From assembly GCA_965215185.1 (NCBI GenBank), contig OZ244034.1, forward strand, positions 1,472,001 through 1,536,000: a stretch of 64,000 nt of DNA, read 5' to 3'. Source of the stretch: Acidimicrobiia bacterium. GTDB lineage: Bacteria; Actinomycetota; Acidimicrobiia; Spongiisociales; ZC4RG35. Of this stretch, positions 26,311-38,623 are shown in pieces. The notes beneath the pieces were generated by a model. That model did no database searches, was not told the DNA's origin, and was given only the letters and a program-made list of their open reading frames with translations. Both the position numbers and the translations under genes were made by a program. Every line of letters begins with the position of its first letter. Position 1 is the first letter of the stretch.

Positions 26311-28677
26311 GTGGCAGTGTCCATTCGTAGTAACGGGGTATCGCAAGGTTTTCTAGCACTGGTGTTGACAGTCTCGATTGTGGTTCCGGCCACGTTCGTC
26401 TTCGCCGACAGCGGCTTCTCTGATCTTGACGAAGCGGTTTCACATCGCTCAGCGGTAGAAACACTGGCCAAAGAAGGAATCCTGACCGGTACCGAGTGTG
26501 CTCCCGGAGAGTTCTGTCCCAACGATCCCCTGGAACGGTGGGTCATGGCAGTGTGGCTCGTCCGGATACTGGACAGAACCGACTCCGACCCATCATCCAC
26601 CCGTTTCACTGATGTCGATCACGACCAATGGTGGGTCCCCTATGTCGAACGCCTAGCGGTACTGGGGATCACGGTGGGCTGTGCAACTAACCCCGCTCGG
26701 TACTGCCCTCACGACAATGTCACGCGCGGGCAGGTGGCCACCTTCCTCACCCGCGCCTTCGAACTCGACCCATCGTCACCGTTCGGCTTCACCGACATTG
26801 AGGGCAACACCCACAAAACCAACATCGACGCGCTGGTCGCCGCCGGTATCACCGTGGGCTGTGATACCAACCCTGCCCGGTACTGTCCCGACGAAACCGT
26901 CACGCGGGGACAGATGGCCACCTTCCTCACCCGCGCCATCAACACCGCTTCGCCTTCTGTGGAGGGCGATTACCGAGACGGCCCGTGGTTGGATTCCCGA
27001 GACCATGAGGTGGTGGTGAGGTCCTTCCGGCAGGAATTCAAACGGGAGGAACCAGACCCGCATTTCACCGGCAACGCCAACGAATGTGACGCCGGGACAA
27101 CCAGCCAGGATTTCCGGGACAGCGTGGTAAGCCGGGTCAACTGGTATCGGCGGATTGCCGGTCTGGGCACCGTCACTGAGCGGGCACAGCTTTCGGCTGC
27201 CGCTCAACAAGCCGCGTTGATGATGGCCGCCCACAGAGATCTTTCGCACAGGCCGAGCAGGACATGGACATGCTACACACCATCGGGCGCGTCAGCAGCC
27301 GCCAACAGCAACCTCACCATCGGCAGTTTTGGAATAGAGGCCGTTAACGACTACATGCATGACGCAGGGAAAAACAGCTTAGAAGTTGGCAACCGCCATT
27401 GGATCCTCTATCCGCGTCTACTCGAGATTGGCACCGGCGACTTCCCATCTGATTACCCATACATCTCCGGCAGCAACGTCCTGTATGTGATTGGCGAAAC
27501 ATTCGGGGCATCTCGTCCTGATGTCCGTGAGCCACGTGGCTTTGTGGCATGGCCGCCCCCAGGCTACGTGCCCGTCGATACAGTTTGGGGCCATTGGTCA
27601 TTCCATTTGGAGGGCGCCAACTTCGATACGGCAACCGTCAGGGTTGAACACGAACAAGGCCCCGTCCCGGTCAAGATCATCTCCCGGAGCACAAGGACAG
27701 GCGCTCCCGAGTCGGCACTGGTTTGGGCAGTGCATGGAGCCACCGACTCCTTGCCCCTCCCGAGGACTCAAGGAAGTGATTCCTGCTACAAGATAACCGT
27801 CGAAAACGTATATGTCTCGGGAGTGGCCGAGAAGCCATACCAATACGCAACCTGCCTGCTTGACATCAGCAAGGACACCACCAGACCCATGAATCCCGCC
27901 ATAGAGAGCCTTGCCTGGTCTCGGGACGGCAGGACCATCGCCTACCTCAGCGACGGGATTTGGACAATCAATATCGATGGCGCCAACCAACGGCTATTCC
28001 TTCTGGAGAGATTCTCTTTCGCCTGGTCTCCGGATGGCAGCACCATCGCCTATGGCACCGACGGCATCTGGACCATCAACACCGACGGCACGGACCAACG
28101 ACAACTCACCACCGATGGATTCCTGCCAGTTTGGTCTCCAGACAGCACCCGCATCATCTATCGCCTCCCGGGAGGGGGACTGGCCGCCATAGATGGTGAC
28201 GGCGCCAACCAACAGCAACTCGCCACCGCCGGGCTGGATCAGGCATGGTCCCCGAACGCCGCAAGCATTGCCTACGGCCTCTGGGAAGAGGGAATCTGGA
28301 CCATGAACACCGACGGAACCAACCAACAACAACTCACCACCGACGGATCCAACCCCACCTGGTCACCAACCGGCACCCAAATCGCCTACACCAACAACAA
28401 CCAGATCTGGACCATGAACACCGACGGAACCAACCAACAACAACTCACCACCGACGGATCCAACCCCACCTGGTCACCAACCGGCACCCAAATCGCCTAC
28501 ACCAACAACAACCAGATCTGGACCATGAACACCGACGGAACCAACCAACAACAACTCACCACCGACGGATCCAACCCCACCTGGTCACCAACCGGCACCC
28601 AAATCGCCTACACCAACAACAACCAGATCTGGACCATGAACACCGACGGAACCAACCAACAACAACTCACGAAATGA
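26311..28677 (+). CDS. Secreted surface protein: SLH domains + CAP domain + TolB-like beta-propeller repeats
   Basis: Signal peptide and three SLH-like units (F.D...; TRGQ.A.FL.RA). CAP-like core (VNWYRRIAGL, LSH.P, GNRHWIL). Repeated WSPDG..IAY units. Confidence 0.8.
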   Translation: MAVSIRSNGVSQGFLALVLTVSIVVPATFVFADSGFSDLDEAVSHRSAVETLAKEGILTGTECAPGEFCPNDPLERWVMAVWLVRILDRTDSDPSSTRFTDVDHDQWWVPYVERLAVLGITVGCATNPARYCPHDNVTRGQVATFLTRAFELDPSSPFGFTDIEGNTHKTNIDALVAAGITVGCDTNPARYCPDETVTRGQMATFLTRAINTASPSVEGDYRDGPWLDSRDHEVVVRSFRQEFKREEPDPHFTGNANECDAGTTSQDFRDSVVSRVNWYRRIAGLGTVTERAQLSAAAQQAALMMAAHRDLSHRPSRTWTCYTPSGASAAANSNLTIGSFGIEAVNDYMHDAGKNSLEVGNRHWILYPRLLEIGTGDFPSDYPYISGSNVLYVIGETFGASRPDVREPRGFVAWPPPGYVPVDTVWGHWSFHLEGANFDTATVRVEHEQGPVPVKIISRSTRTGAPESALVWAVHGATDSLPLPRTQGSDSCYKITVENVYVSGVAEKPYQYATCLLDISKDTTRPMNPAIESLAWSRDGRTIAYLSDGIWTINIDGANQRLFLLERFSFAWSPDGSTIAYGTDGIWTINTDGTDQRQLTTDGFLPVWSPDSTRIIYRLPGGGLAAIDGDGANQQQLATAGLDQAWSPNAASIAYGLWEEGIWTMNTDGTNQQQLTTDGSNPTWSPTGTQIAYTNNNQIWTMNTDGTNQQQLTTDGSNPTWSPTGTQIAYTNNNQIWTMNTDGTNQQQLTTDGSNPTWSPTGTQIAYTNNNQIWTMNTDGTNQQQLTK
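28294..28670 (+). repeat. Perfect 111-nt tandem repeat, ~3.4 copies (37-aa TolB/PD40 unit)
   Basis: Units start at 28294, 28405, 28516 and 28627 and are identical at the nucleotide level. Confidence 0.95.
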
Positions 28678-28752
28678 GCCAGAACGTCAGGTTGATGGAA
28701 GACGCTTTTTCGCTAACCAGCCCGGGGCAGCGCTGCCCCGACTGGCCGCACG

Positions 28753-29085
28753 TCATTCGAGCCCGAGCGAGTCGCCACCGGCCATCCGGCGCGCTTCTTC
28801 GATAGCTTCAGCGCGGTCTCCTGCGGTAACCCGGGCCCGGTCGGTGAGGAGGGTCACCTGGTTGTTCACCACCTGCATGAACCCGCCGTGGACGGCAATG
28901 GTGGTCCGCTGATCACCGTCGTGGTCGATCAAAACCGCACCGGCCGACAGGGCGGCCATCAACGGCTCGTGTCCCGCCAGGATCCCGATCTCGCCCTCGG
29001 TGGTGCGAGCCACCAAGAAGTCGGCCTCCCCCGACCAGAGGGTCCCCTCCGGTGAGACCACGTCGACACTGAAAGGACTGGCCAC
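28753..29085 (-). CDS. atpC: ATP synthase epsilon subunit
   Basis: VDVVSPE, GEIGILAGHEP and GGFMQV motifs. GTG start just after the atpD stop. Confidence 0.9.
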   Translation of the reverse strand: MASPFSVDVVSPEGTLWSGEADFLVARTTEGEIGILAGHEPLMAALSAGAVLIDHDGDQRTTIAVHGGFMQVVNNQVTLLTDRARVTAGDRAEAIEEARRMAGGDSLGLE

Positions 29086-29087
29086 GG

Positions 29088-31423
<2,336 letters not shown>

Positions 31424-31435
31424 AGGCGGTCTCTC

Positions 31436-32953
31436 TCAATCTCCCGAACGGAAGCTCTCGGCGAACGCGGCAATCGCCGCGTCGAGAGTCTCGATGTCGG
31501 GAAGTGCCCCGGTTTCCGCAATTCCGCGCAGAACGTGCCCATGACGGCGGCGCATGTGCCCGGTCAATTCTTCTTCGAACCGGGAGATCTCCGACACCGG
31601 CGTCTTGTCCATGAATCCGTTGGTGACCGCGTAGAGCGACAGCACCTGCTCCTCCACGGCAAAGGGGCGGAACTGGCGTTGCTTCAGAACCTCGACCACC
31701 CGGGCGCCTCTCTCCAACTGGTTTTGGGAGATGGAGTCCAGTTCCGATCCAAATTGGGCGAACGCCTCCAGTTCCCGGAACTGGGCCAGGTTGATCCGAA
31801 TGGGACCGGCCACCTTCTTCATGGCGCTCACCTGGGCGGCGCCACCCACCCGGGAGACCGAGATGCCGGCATTGATGGCGGGGCGGACACCGGAGTAAAA
31901 GAGGTCCGTCTCCAAGTAGATCTGTCCGTCAGTGATGGAGATGACATTGGTGGGAATGAAGGCCGACACATCGCCCGCCTTGGTTTCCACAATGGGAAGC
32001 CCGGTCATCGAGCCTCCGCCGAGTTCTTTTGAGAGTTTGGCGCAACGCTCCAACAGGCGGCTGTGCAAGTAGAACACGTCTCCCGGATAGGCTTCCCGTC
32101 CGGGGGGACGACGTAGCAGCAAGGCAATTTCTCGATAGGCGACCGCCTGCTTGGAAAGGTCGTCGAAGATGACCAGTGCGTGCTCACCGTTGTACATCCA
32201 GTGCTGACCGATAGCCGACCCAGCGTAGGCGGCGTACATCTGCAGCGCCGGGGGCGCAGCAGCCGAGGCGTTCACCACAACCGTGTAGTCCATGGCGCCG
32301 TGCTTGGCGAGCGAGGCCACTACCTCCGCCACGGTGGAGGCTTTCTGACCTACTGCCACATACACACATTTAACGCCGCTGTTACGCTGGTTGATGATGG
32401 TGTCGACCACCAGAGCAGTCTTACCGGTCTGGCGGTCACCGATAATCAACTCCCGCTGCCCCCGGCCCACCGGGGTCATGGCGTCGATCGCCTTGATGCC
32501 GGTCTGAAGCGGCTCGTGGACAGGCTGACGTTCCACCACCGTGGGTGCCTGTACTTCAAGGCGACGACGGGCAGTGGTGTTGATCGGTCCCTTGCCGTCG
32601 ATCGGATTGCCCAGCGCGTCGATCACCCGCCCCAAAAGCTCGTCACCCACTCCGATCTCCAGCACCTTGCCGGTCTGGCGAACCGGATCGCCCTCCTGGA
32701 TATGGTTCGACTCCCCCATCATCACCACGCCGATGGAATCCTCTTCCAAGTCGAGCACCACCCCGAGCAAGCCCCCCTCGAATTCCAATAGCTCCGAGGA
32801 CATAGCGAGGGGCAGGCCTTTCACCCTGGCCACTCCATCGGCTATGGATGCCACATACCCCACCGTCTCCCGGGAGATGGAGGGGTGCCAATCTTCGAGG
32901 GATTTTCGCAGCGCCTCGGTTATATCGTGGGCGGTGATCGTCATCTCGGCCAT
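31436..32953 (-). CDS. atpA: ATP synthase alpha subunit
   Basis: GDRQTGKT and [23 protein letters not shown] motifs. Confidence 0.98.
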   Translation of the reverse strand: MAEMTITAHDITEALRKSLEDWHPSISRETVGYVASIADGVARVKGLPLAMSSELLEFEGGLLGVVLDLEEDSIGVVMMGESNHIQEGDPVRQTGKVLEIGVGDELLGRVIDALGNPIDGKGPINTTARRRLEVQAPTVVERQPVHEPLQTGIKAIDAMTPVGRGQRELIIGDRQTGKTALVVDTIINQRNSGVKCVYVAVGQKASTVAEVVASLAKHGAMDYTVVVNASAAAPPALQMYAAYAGSAIGQHWMYNGEHALVIFDDLSKQAVAYREIALLLRRPPGREAYPGDVFYLHSRLLERCAKLSKELGGGSMTGLPIVETKAGDVSAFIPTNVISITDGQIYLETDLFYSGVRPAINAGISVSRVGGAAQVSAMKKVAGPIRINLAQFRELEAFAQFGSELDSISQNQLERGARVVEVLKQRQFRPFAVEEQVLSLYAVTNGFMDKTPVSEISRFEEELTGHMRRRHGHVLRGIAETGALPDIETLDAAIAAFAESFRSGD

Positions 32954-32969
32954 TGGCTACTCCTTAGAT

Positions 32970-33503
32970 TCAAACATCGGCCAGCAAGGAACGTACCTGG
33001 TTCATTCTGGAGCGGACCGTCCCGTCCACTACCAGATCCCCCACCCGGGCCACCAATCCGCCCAAGACCTCTGGGTCAATCACCACCCTGGCCTCCACCG
33101 GGTGACCGACCACCTTCGAGAGGACATCCTCCAAGCGGCTAACCGTCTCCGGCGACAAGGCTACGGCAGACCGCGCTTCGGCTATCTTGCGACCCCGGGA
33201 TGCAGCCGCCTTCTCCGCCAGCCGGTCGGCGATTGGCACCAGATCAGACAGACGGTTCATCTGGATCAGAAGGCCGACCGCCTCTCGGGTTACCGAGGAG
33301 GCCCGATCCGTCAACAGTTCCGACATCAGGTCTGACAGACGGTCGCCAGTCAGCAGCGGGTCGGAGAGGGCGTCGGTCAACTCGGGGGAGCCTTCCACTG
33401 CCCGAGCCAGGGTATAGAGTTCACTCTCCACCCTCTCAAGCTGTGACTCGGCCGAAGCCAATCCGAACAGGGCGTCCGCGTAGCCCTCCGTGACCTCGCT
33501 CAT
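32970..33503 (-). CDS. atpH: ATP synthase delta subunit
   Basis: YADALF and DPEVLGGLVARVGDLVVDG motifs; operon position. Confidence 0.93.
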   Translation of the reverse strand: MSEVTEGYADALFGLASAESQLERVESELYTLARAVEGSPELTDALSDPLLTGDRLSDLMSELLTDRASSVTREAVGLLIQMNRLSDLVPIADRLAEKAAASRGRKIAEARSAVALSPETVSRLEDVLSKVVGHPVEARVVIDPEVLGGLVARVGDLVVDGTVRSRMNQVRSLLADV

Positions 33504-34048
33504 TCTGCTGTTTCTCTCTCCAACTCCTGGATGTAGGAATCCACCAGTTTCTGGTGAGCAGAGGCGTCGATCTGAGATCCAACCACCTTCTCTGCGATAT
33601 CGAGGGAAAGCACGGTTATCTCCCGTCGAGCCTCTTCCAGCACCCGGGCATGCTCGTTCGCCGCCTCGGCACGGGCCCGTTCGGTTATCTGGGCGGCTTC
33701 GTCATTGGCGCGGCCTACCGCTTCCTGTCGCACACTCTCGGCGTCCGACCGCGCGGATTCCAGAATCCGATCCGCCTCTTGAGCGGCTGCCTCCAGTTCG
33801 AGTTGGCGGGTTTCACGCATGCGCTCCGCCGCTCCCTTGGCCTGTTCGGCCTCTTCCAGTTGGGCCACCACCGCCGCGCGGCGGGCCTCCAGGGTCCTGT
33901 CCAGAGCCGGCATGGCAAACTTCCAGATCAGGAAGACGATTACGACGAAGCTCACCGCTCCCCACACCAGTTCGGCCGGGTCGGGAAGAATCAGGAACAG
34001 GCCCGACTTTTCCTCCGAAGCGGCCAGAATGAGGAGATCCGGCGACAT
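33500..34048 (-). CDS. atpF: ATP synthase b subunit
   Basis: N-terminal TM (LIWKFAMP) and long coiled coil; operon position. Confidence 0.92.
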   Translation of the reverse strand: MSPDLLILAASEEKSGLFLILPDPAELVWGAVSFVVIVFLIWKFAMPALDRTLEARRAAVVAQLEEAEQAKGAAERMRETRQLELEAAAQEADRILESARSDAESVRQEAVGRANDEAAQITERARAEAANEHARVLEEARREITVLSLDIAEKVVGSQIDASAHQKLVDSYIQELERETAE

Positions 34049-34050
34049 TC

Positions 34051-34308
<258 letters not shown>

Positions 34309-34314
34309 TCAGGG

Positions 34315-35085
34315 TCAATGATCCACATTTATAGAGCTCTCGATGTAGACAGCAGTCAACAATGTGAAAATAAAAGCTTGCAGTACCCCCACAAAAATCT
34401 CGAATCCGGTGATGGCGATGGCAAAGGCCAAGGGCACGACGAAGGCCACTGCCTTCGGCTCCAGCACGAAATAGGAAGCGGAGGTCAAGAAAAAAACGGT
34501 GAGCATGATGTGTCCGGCGATCATGTTGGCAAACAGCCGGACGGCCAGGCTGATGGGACGAATGAGGAAGGTGGAGATCAACTCGATGGGAATCACGAGA
34601 ATCAACAGGGCCTTGGGCACTCCCGGTGGAACCAGGGAGTTCTTTATGTAGCTCAGGCCGTGCTTTTTCAAACCCACAAACACGAACACAACCCACACCA
34701 GGGCGGCTAGAAAGGCAGGGATGGCCATTCGGGAGGTGACCGGAAAATTGATAAATGGGATTACTTCCAGCAGATTCAAGAAGAGCAGCCAGAAGAACAT
34801 GGGAATCAGCAGCCACTCGTATTGAGCCGACTGTGATCCGATGGTGTCCCGGGCGATGCCGTTGCGCACAAAATCGACCAGGGTCTCCACCAACACACCC
34901 ATCTTGGTGGGGACCACCTGGGGCTTTCGCACCGGCAGATACAAGAAGAGGAAAGTGGCCAAGGTGGCCAGGAACATCAGCAGCACCACCCGGTTGATCC
35001 CAAAGGGCAGCACCACCGGCCAGTCGAACAGGTGGTTTATATCGCTTGGCACCTCCACCACTTGGGCCAGGATTGGAAAGCTCAT
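34315..35085 (-). CDS. atpB: ATP synthase a subunit
   Basis: RPISLAVRLFANMIAGH and LQAFIFTLLTAVYI motifs. Confidence 0.95.
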   Translation of the reverse strand: MSFPILAQVVEVPSDINHLFDWPVVLPFGINRVVLLMFLATLATFLFLYLPVRKPQVVPTKMGVLVETLVDFVRNGIARDTIGSQSAQYEWLLIPMFFWLLFLNLLEVIPFINFPVTSRMAIPAFLAALVWVVFVFVGLKKHGLSYIKNSLVPPGVPKALLILVIPIELISTFLIRPISLAVRLFANMIAGHIMLTVFFLTSASYFVLEPKAVAFVVPLAFAIAITGFEIFVGVLQAFIFTLLTAVYIESSINVDH

Positions 35086-35453
35086 CGGGTTGTCACCTGT
35101 CGGCGGGATTCAGCGGTCAAAGCACCCAACCAGGCCGCTCCCACTCCCACGAATAGCCCGTAGAGATGGGCGTCCCAGATGGCCACCGCCGCCCAAACCA
35201 GGAGGGTGACTATGACCAATCGAACCACAAAGCCTCCGAAGGCCACCACCCCCAGAGTCAGGAAGGAACGGCGGGCTGCCAGAGACAGCGCCCAGCCGGT
35301 GGCTGCGAACGACCCGGCCGCCACCAATGCTCCCGCAACGGCCCAGCCACCGGCCGCTGCCGTCCAAATCGCCCATGACACCACCCCGGCCAGGGGCGCG
35401 ATATAAAGTGCCCGCCCCGCCAGACGGCGGCCCATCGCAGCTTCTAGGTCCAA
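35082..35453 (-). CDS. atpI: ATP synthase protein I-like membrane protein
   Basis: Four hydrophobic helices, directly upstream of atpB. TTG start after AGGAG. Confidence 0.65.
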   Translation of the reverse strand: MDLEAAMGRRLAGRALYIAPLAGVVSWAIWTAAAGGWAVAGALVAAGSFAATGWALSLAARRSFLTLGVVAFGGFVVRLVIVTLLVWAAVAIWDAHLYGLFVGVGAAWLGALTAESRRQVTTR

Positions 35454-35487
35454 GATCGCTCCTGTGTGAGAAATACCACGCCAAAGG

Positions 35488-36768
35488 TTATACGGTTTCG
35501 CCGTATCCTCGAAAACCAAGCGGATAGGGTGGAAAAGCCGCTGCCAACTCCGCCACCCGCCCGGCGATATCCGCCAAAACGGACTCGTCGTGGCGCTTGC
35601 GGAGGGCTTTCACGATCAGGGATCCCACTTCTCGGGCCTCCGGTTCGTTCATGCCCTGGGAAGTCATGGCGGGAGTCCCGATACGAAGACCCGAGGCCCG
35701 ATAGGGAGGGCGGGGATCGAAGGGAATGGTGTTGAAATTGAGCGTGATACCCACTCGATCCAACAAACGGGCGGCCGTCCGACCGGTGAGATCTTCGGAC
35801 ACCGAGCGGAGATCGATTAGGAACAGATGGTTATCGGTGCCACCCGACACCACCCGGGCTCCGGTCTCTTGCACCGAAGCGCACATGGCCGCGGCGTTGC
35901 GTACGATTTGGGCAGCGTATGACTGGAAGTCGGGAGTGGAGGCCTCCAGGAAGCAGACCGCCTTGGCCGCCACCTGGTTGATGATCGGCCCACCCTGGGT
36001 ATTGGGGAACACCGCCTTGTTGATAGCGGAAGCGTATTCCTCTCTGGCCAACGCCAAACCGCCACGAGGCCCCCGCAAGGCTTTGTGGGTGGTGCCGGTG
36101 ACGATATCAGCGTACGGGACGGGATTGGGGTAGGCCTTGCCGGCCACCAACCCGATGAAATGGGCAGCGTCCACCATGAGGATGGCGCCGACCTCATCGG
36201 CGATTTCACGGAATCCCTGGTAATCGAGGTGTCGGGAATAGGCAGAATATCCTGCCAGGAGTATTTTCGGACGGTGCTGGTGCGCCAGTGATCTCACCTG
36301 GTCCATATCGATCTGCTCGGTGGCAGGGTCCACCCCGTACGCCGCAAAGTCGTAATACAAGCCCGAGAAGTTGACCGGAGACCCGTGAGTGAGGTGCCCG
36401 CCCTGGTCGAGTCGCATTCCGAGCACCGTATCTGAGGGCTTGAGCAGCGAAAAGTAGACGCTCATGTTGGCCTGTGCTCCCGAATGAGGCTGCACATTGG
36501 CCGAATCCGCCCCGAACAGGGCTTTGGCGCGTTCTATGGCCAATGTCTCGATCTCATCCACCACCTGGCAACCTTCGTAGTAGCGACGGCCGGGATAGCC
36601 TTCCGCATACTTGTTGGTGAACACCGATCCGGAAGCGGACATGACCGCCGGCGAGGCAAAATTCTCGGAAGCGATCAGGTGGATGTGGCTGTTCTGGCGC
36701 TCTACGTCGCGGCGAATCAGATCAGCAGCGCGAGGATCCACCTCAGAGAGGGAACGCATATCAATCAT
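35488..36768 (-). CDS. glyA: Serine hydroxymethyltransferase
   Basis: LIASEN, NKYAEGYPGRRYY, GGHLTHG and TTHKALRGPRGG motifs. Confidence 0.97.
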   Translation of the reverse strand: MIDMRSLSEVDPRAADLIRRDVERQNSHIHLIASENFASPAVMSASGSVFTNKYAEGYPGRRYYEGCQVVDEIETLAIERAKALFGADSANVQPHSGAQANMSVYFSLLKPSDTVLGMRLDQGGHLTHGSPVNFSGLYYDFAAYGVDPATEQIDMDQVRSLAHQHRPKILLAGYSAYSRHLDYQGFREIADEVGAILMVDAAHFIGLVAGKAYPNPVPYADIVTGTTHKALRGPRGGLALAREEYASAINKAVFPNTQGGPIINQVAAKAVCFLEASTPDFQSYAAQIVRNAAAMCASVQETGARVVSGGTDNHLFLIDLRSVSEDLTGRTAARLLDRVGITLNFNTIPFDPRPPYRASGLRIGTPAMTSQGMNEPEAREVGSLIVKALRKRHDESVLADIAGRVAELAAAFPPYPLGFRGYGETV

Positions 36769-36856
36769 GGGGAGTCCTTTTTACCGTTTGCCCACACGGT
36801 GGGGATTAGTAACGGCAGGAATTCTACTCTCTAATCCTATCCTTTTAGTTCTGCCC

Positions 36857-37267
36857 TCAAGGCCCCTCCAAAAGGGTCTCGCCAGAGAACCCGTAGGGCA
36901 GCAACTCGGAAAAGGCGTGGACGCGGAAAGCCCCGGCGCCAGCGGCCACCAGCACCGTTTCCACTCCGAATTCGTTCATAATCTGCCGGCAGCAGCCGCA
37001 CGGGTAGGAATCGTCGATGGAGGGAGCGTCGATGCAAGCCACCGCCACTGTATGAACTCTTCGCACCCCCGCCGCCGCGGCGGTATTGACCGCGGTAGCT
37101 TCCGCGCAAATGGAGACCGAATAGGCGGCGTTTTCGACATTGGCGCCGGTGAAAACGGACCCGTCCTCGGCCACCAGAGCCGCTCCGACCCGAAATCGAG
37201 AATAGGGTGAATAGGAGTTCTCAGCGGCGCGGCGCGCCCTTTCCACTAAAGCCCCATGATCGTTCAT
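36857..37267 (-). CDS. cdd: Cytidine deaminase (homotetrameric type)
   Basis: YSPYSRFRVGAA, NVENAAY, CAE and PCGCCRQ motifs. Confidence 0.93.
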   Translation of the reverse strand: MNDHGALVERARRAAENSYSPYSRFRVGAALVAEDGSVFTGANVENAAYSVSICAEATAVNTAAAAGVRRVHTVAVACIDAPSIDDSYPCGCCRQIMNEFGVETVLVAAGAGAFRVHAFSELLPYGFSGETLLEGP

Positions 37268-38229
37268 GTCGGCTCTTCCTCCAGCAGCGCCCGCACGAAT
37301 GTCTCGGCGGAGAATGGAGCCAGATCCGAGAGTGTCTCGCCGGTCCCCACCAGCTTGACGGGCGTGCCCAGACTGCGTTCCACAGCCACAGCCACCCCAC
37401 CCCGGGCGGTTCCGTCCAACTTGGTCAGGACAACGCCGGTCACCCCAACCCGGTCACAGAACTCCCGGGCCTGAGCCAACCCATTCTGGCCCGTGGAAGC
37501 ATCCAGCACCAAAAGCACCTCGTCCACCTTCCCTGCCGCCTCGGCCAACACCCGCTTGATCTTCTGCAACTGACTCATCAAATGCGTCTTGGAATGCAGC
37601 CGTCCGGCGGTGTCGATCACCACCACCTCATGACCCCGGCTCTTCGCCGCCGACCAGGCGTCGCGGGCCACCGCCGCAGGATCGGCGCCTTCTTTTCCAC
37701 CCACCATCTCCACTCCCATCAACTCCGCCCAAATCTCCAGTTGACGCTGGGCGGCCGGACGGTAGGTGTCCGCCGCGCCCAGCAGGCATTTTTTGTCGCT
37801 GCTGGACAACAGGTGGACGATCTTGGCCGCAGTGGTCGTCTTGCCCGCTCCGTTGACCCCCACCACCATCACCACCCGCGGGGACCCGTTGCCGGACCAC
37901 TCCAAACTGCGATCTCGATCGCCGAATAGCGCCAGCATCTCCTCAGCCAGAATCGCCCGGGCTGCAGCGCGGTCATCGGGCTTTCCTTCGCGGACTGCGG
38001 CGACCAGCTGAGTGGAGATATCCACCCCTATGTCGGCTGCCACCAGCGCCTCCTCCAAACCATTCCAGAAGTTGTCGTCGAGACGCTCGCCGCCCGCCAT
38101 CGACCGAAACATCCCCCACAAGGCATCTCGAGTTTTGGACATGGCGGATACGGTCGGATCCACCGAAGATGGTGATCCTTTCAGAGCAGAGGCGCCACGC
38201 CTCTTCCACCAGCCCGTTAGCCATCCCAC
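37264..38229 (-). CDS. ftsY: SRP receptor FtsY
   Basis: GVNGAGKTTT, DTYRPAA, DTAGRL and TKLDGTARGG motifs. Start approximate. Confidence 0.93.
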   Translation of the reverse strand: MGWLTGWWKRRGASALKGSPSSVDPTVSAMSKTRDALWGMFRSMAGGERLDDNFWNGLEEALVAADIGVDISTQLVAAVREGKPDDRAAARAILAEEMLALFGDRDRSLEWSGNGSPRVVMVVGVNGAGKTTTAAKIVHLLSSSDKKCLLGAADTYRPAAQRQLEIWAELMGVEMVGGKEGADPAAVARDAWSAAKSRGHEVVVIDTAGRLHSKTHLMSQLQKIKRVLAEAAGKVDEVLLVLDASTGQNGLAQAREFCDRVGVTGVVLTKLDGTARGGVAVAVERSLGTPVKLVGTGETLSDLAPFSAETFVRALLEEEPT

Positions 38230-38623
38230 TCTCGCCAGCTTAATACGCCCTTCCCCTGCAGACTTCACCCTGCCTTCCCTCTGCTCGCCATCCTCTCAGG
38301 GGATGGCTTGTTCTCCGGCCCACATTGGCGCATTCAAGCGGAATATGCGTGTTCGCCTGCGAATTCTCGCGACGACCGCAGCCAATGCGCGGAAAACAGT
38401 GTCCATTCTTCCCCCTAATCGGGTTCCCCGCCACCGCCAAACCATAGGTCAAGCTGCGCTTCGCCCAGCCTCTTGGAGAGGAGGATTGGCGAAAAGGATC
38501 TCTGGAGCGGCTTGGTCGACGCGTCCTCTCGGGCCGCACGGGTGTTTGATCGGCTGTTGACAGTGTGATGTTGGCGGTGAAACAAATTCAGTCCCATAGC
38601 CGAGTTTTTGCCAATTCCCCGCT

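Noticed and set aside
28294-28670. CRISPR array
   Set aside because: The units are contiguous, in-frame 111-nt coding repeats with no unique spacers and no cas genes.
36783-36826. ZTP or THF riboswitch upstream of glyA
   Set aside because: A small hairpin follows a TAGAAT -10, but the leader is only about 45 nt, lacks the conserved aptamer motifs I know, and does not cover the RBS.
38290-38510. Glycine riboswitch (CTCTCAGG, GGAGAG, CTCTGGAG words)
   Set aside because: The words are in the wrong order and spacing, and lie on the strand opposite the downstream genes.
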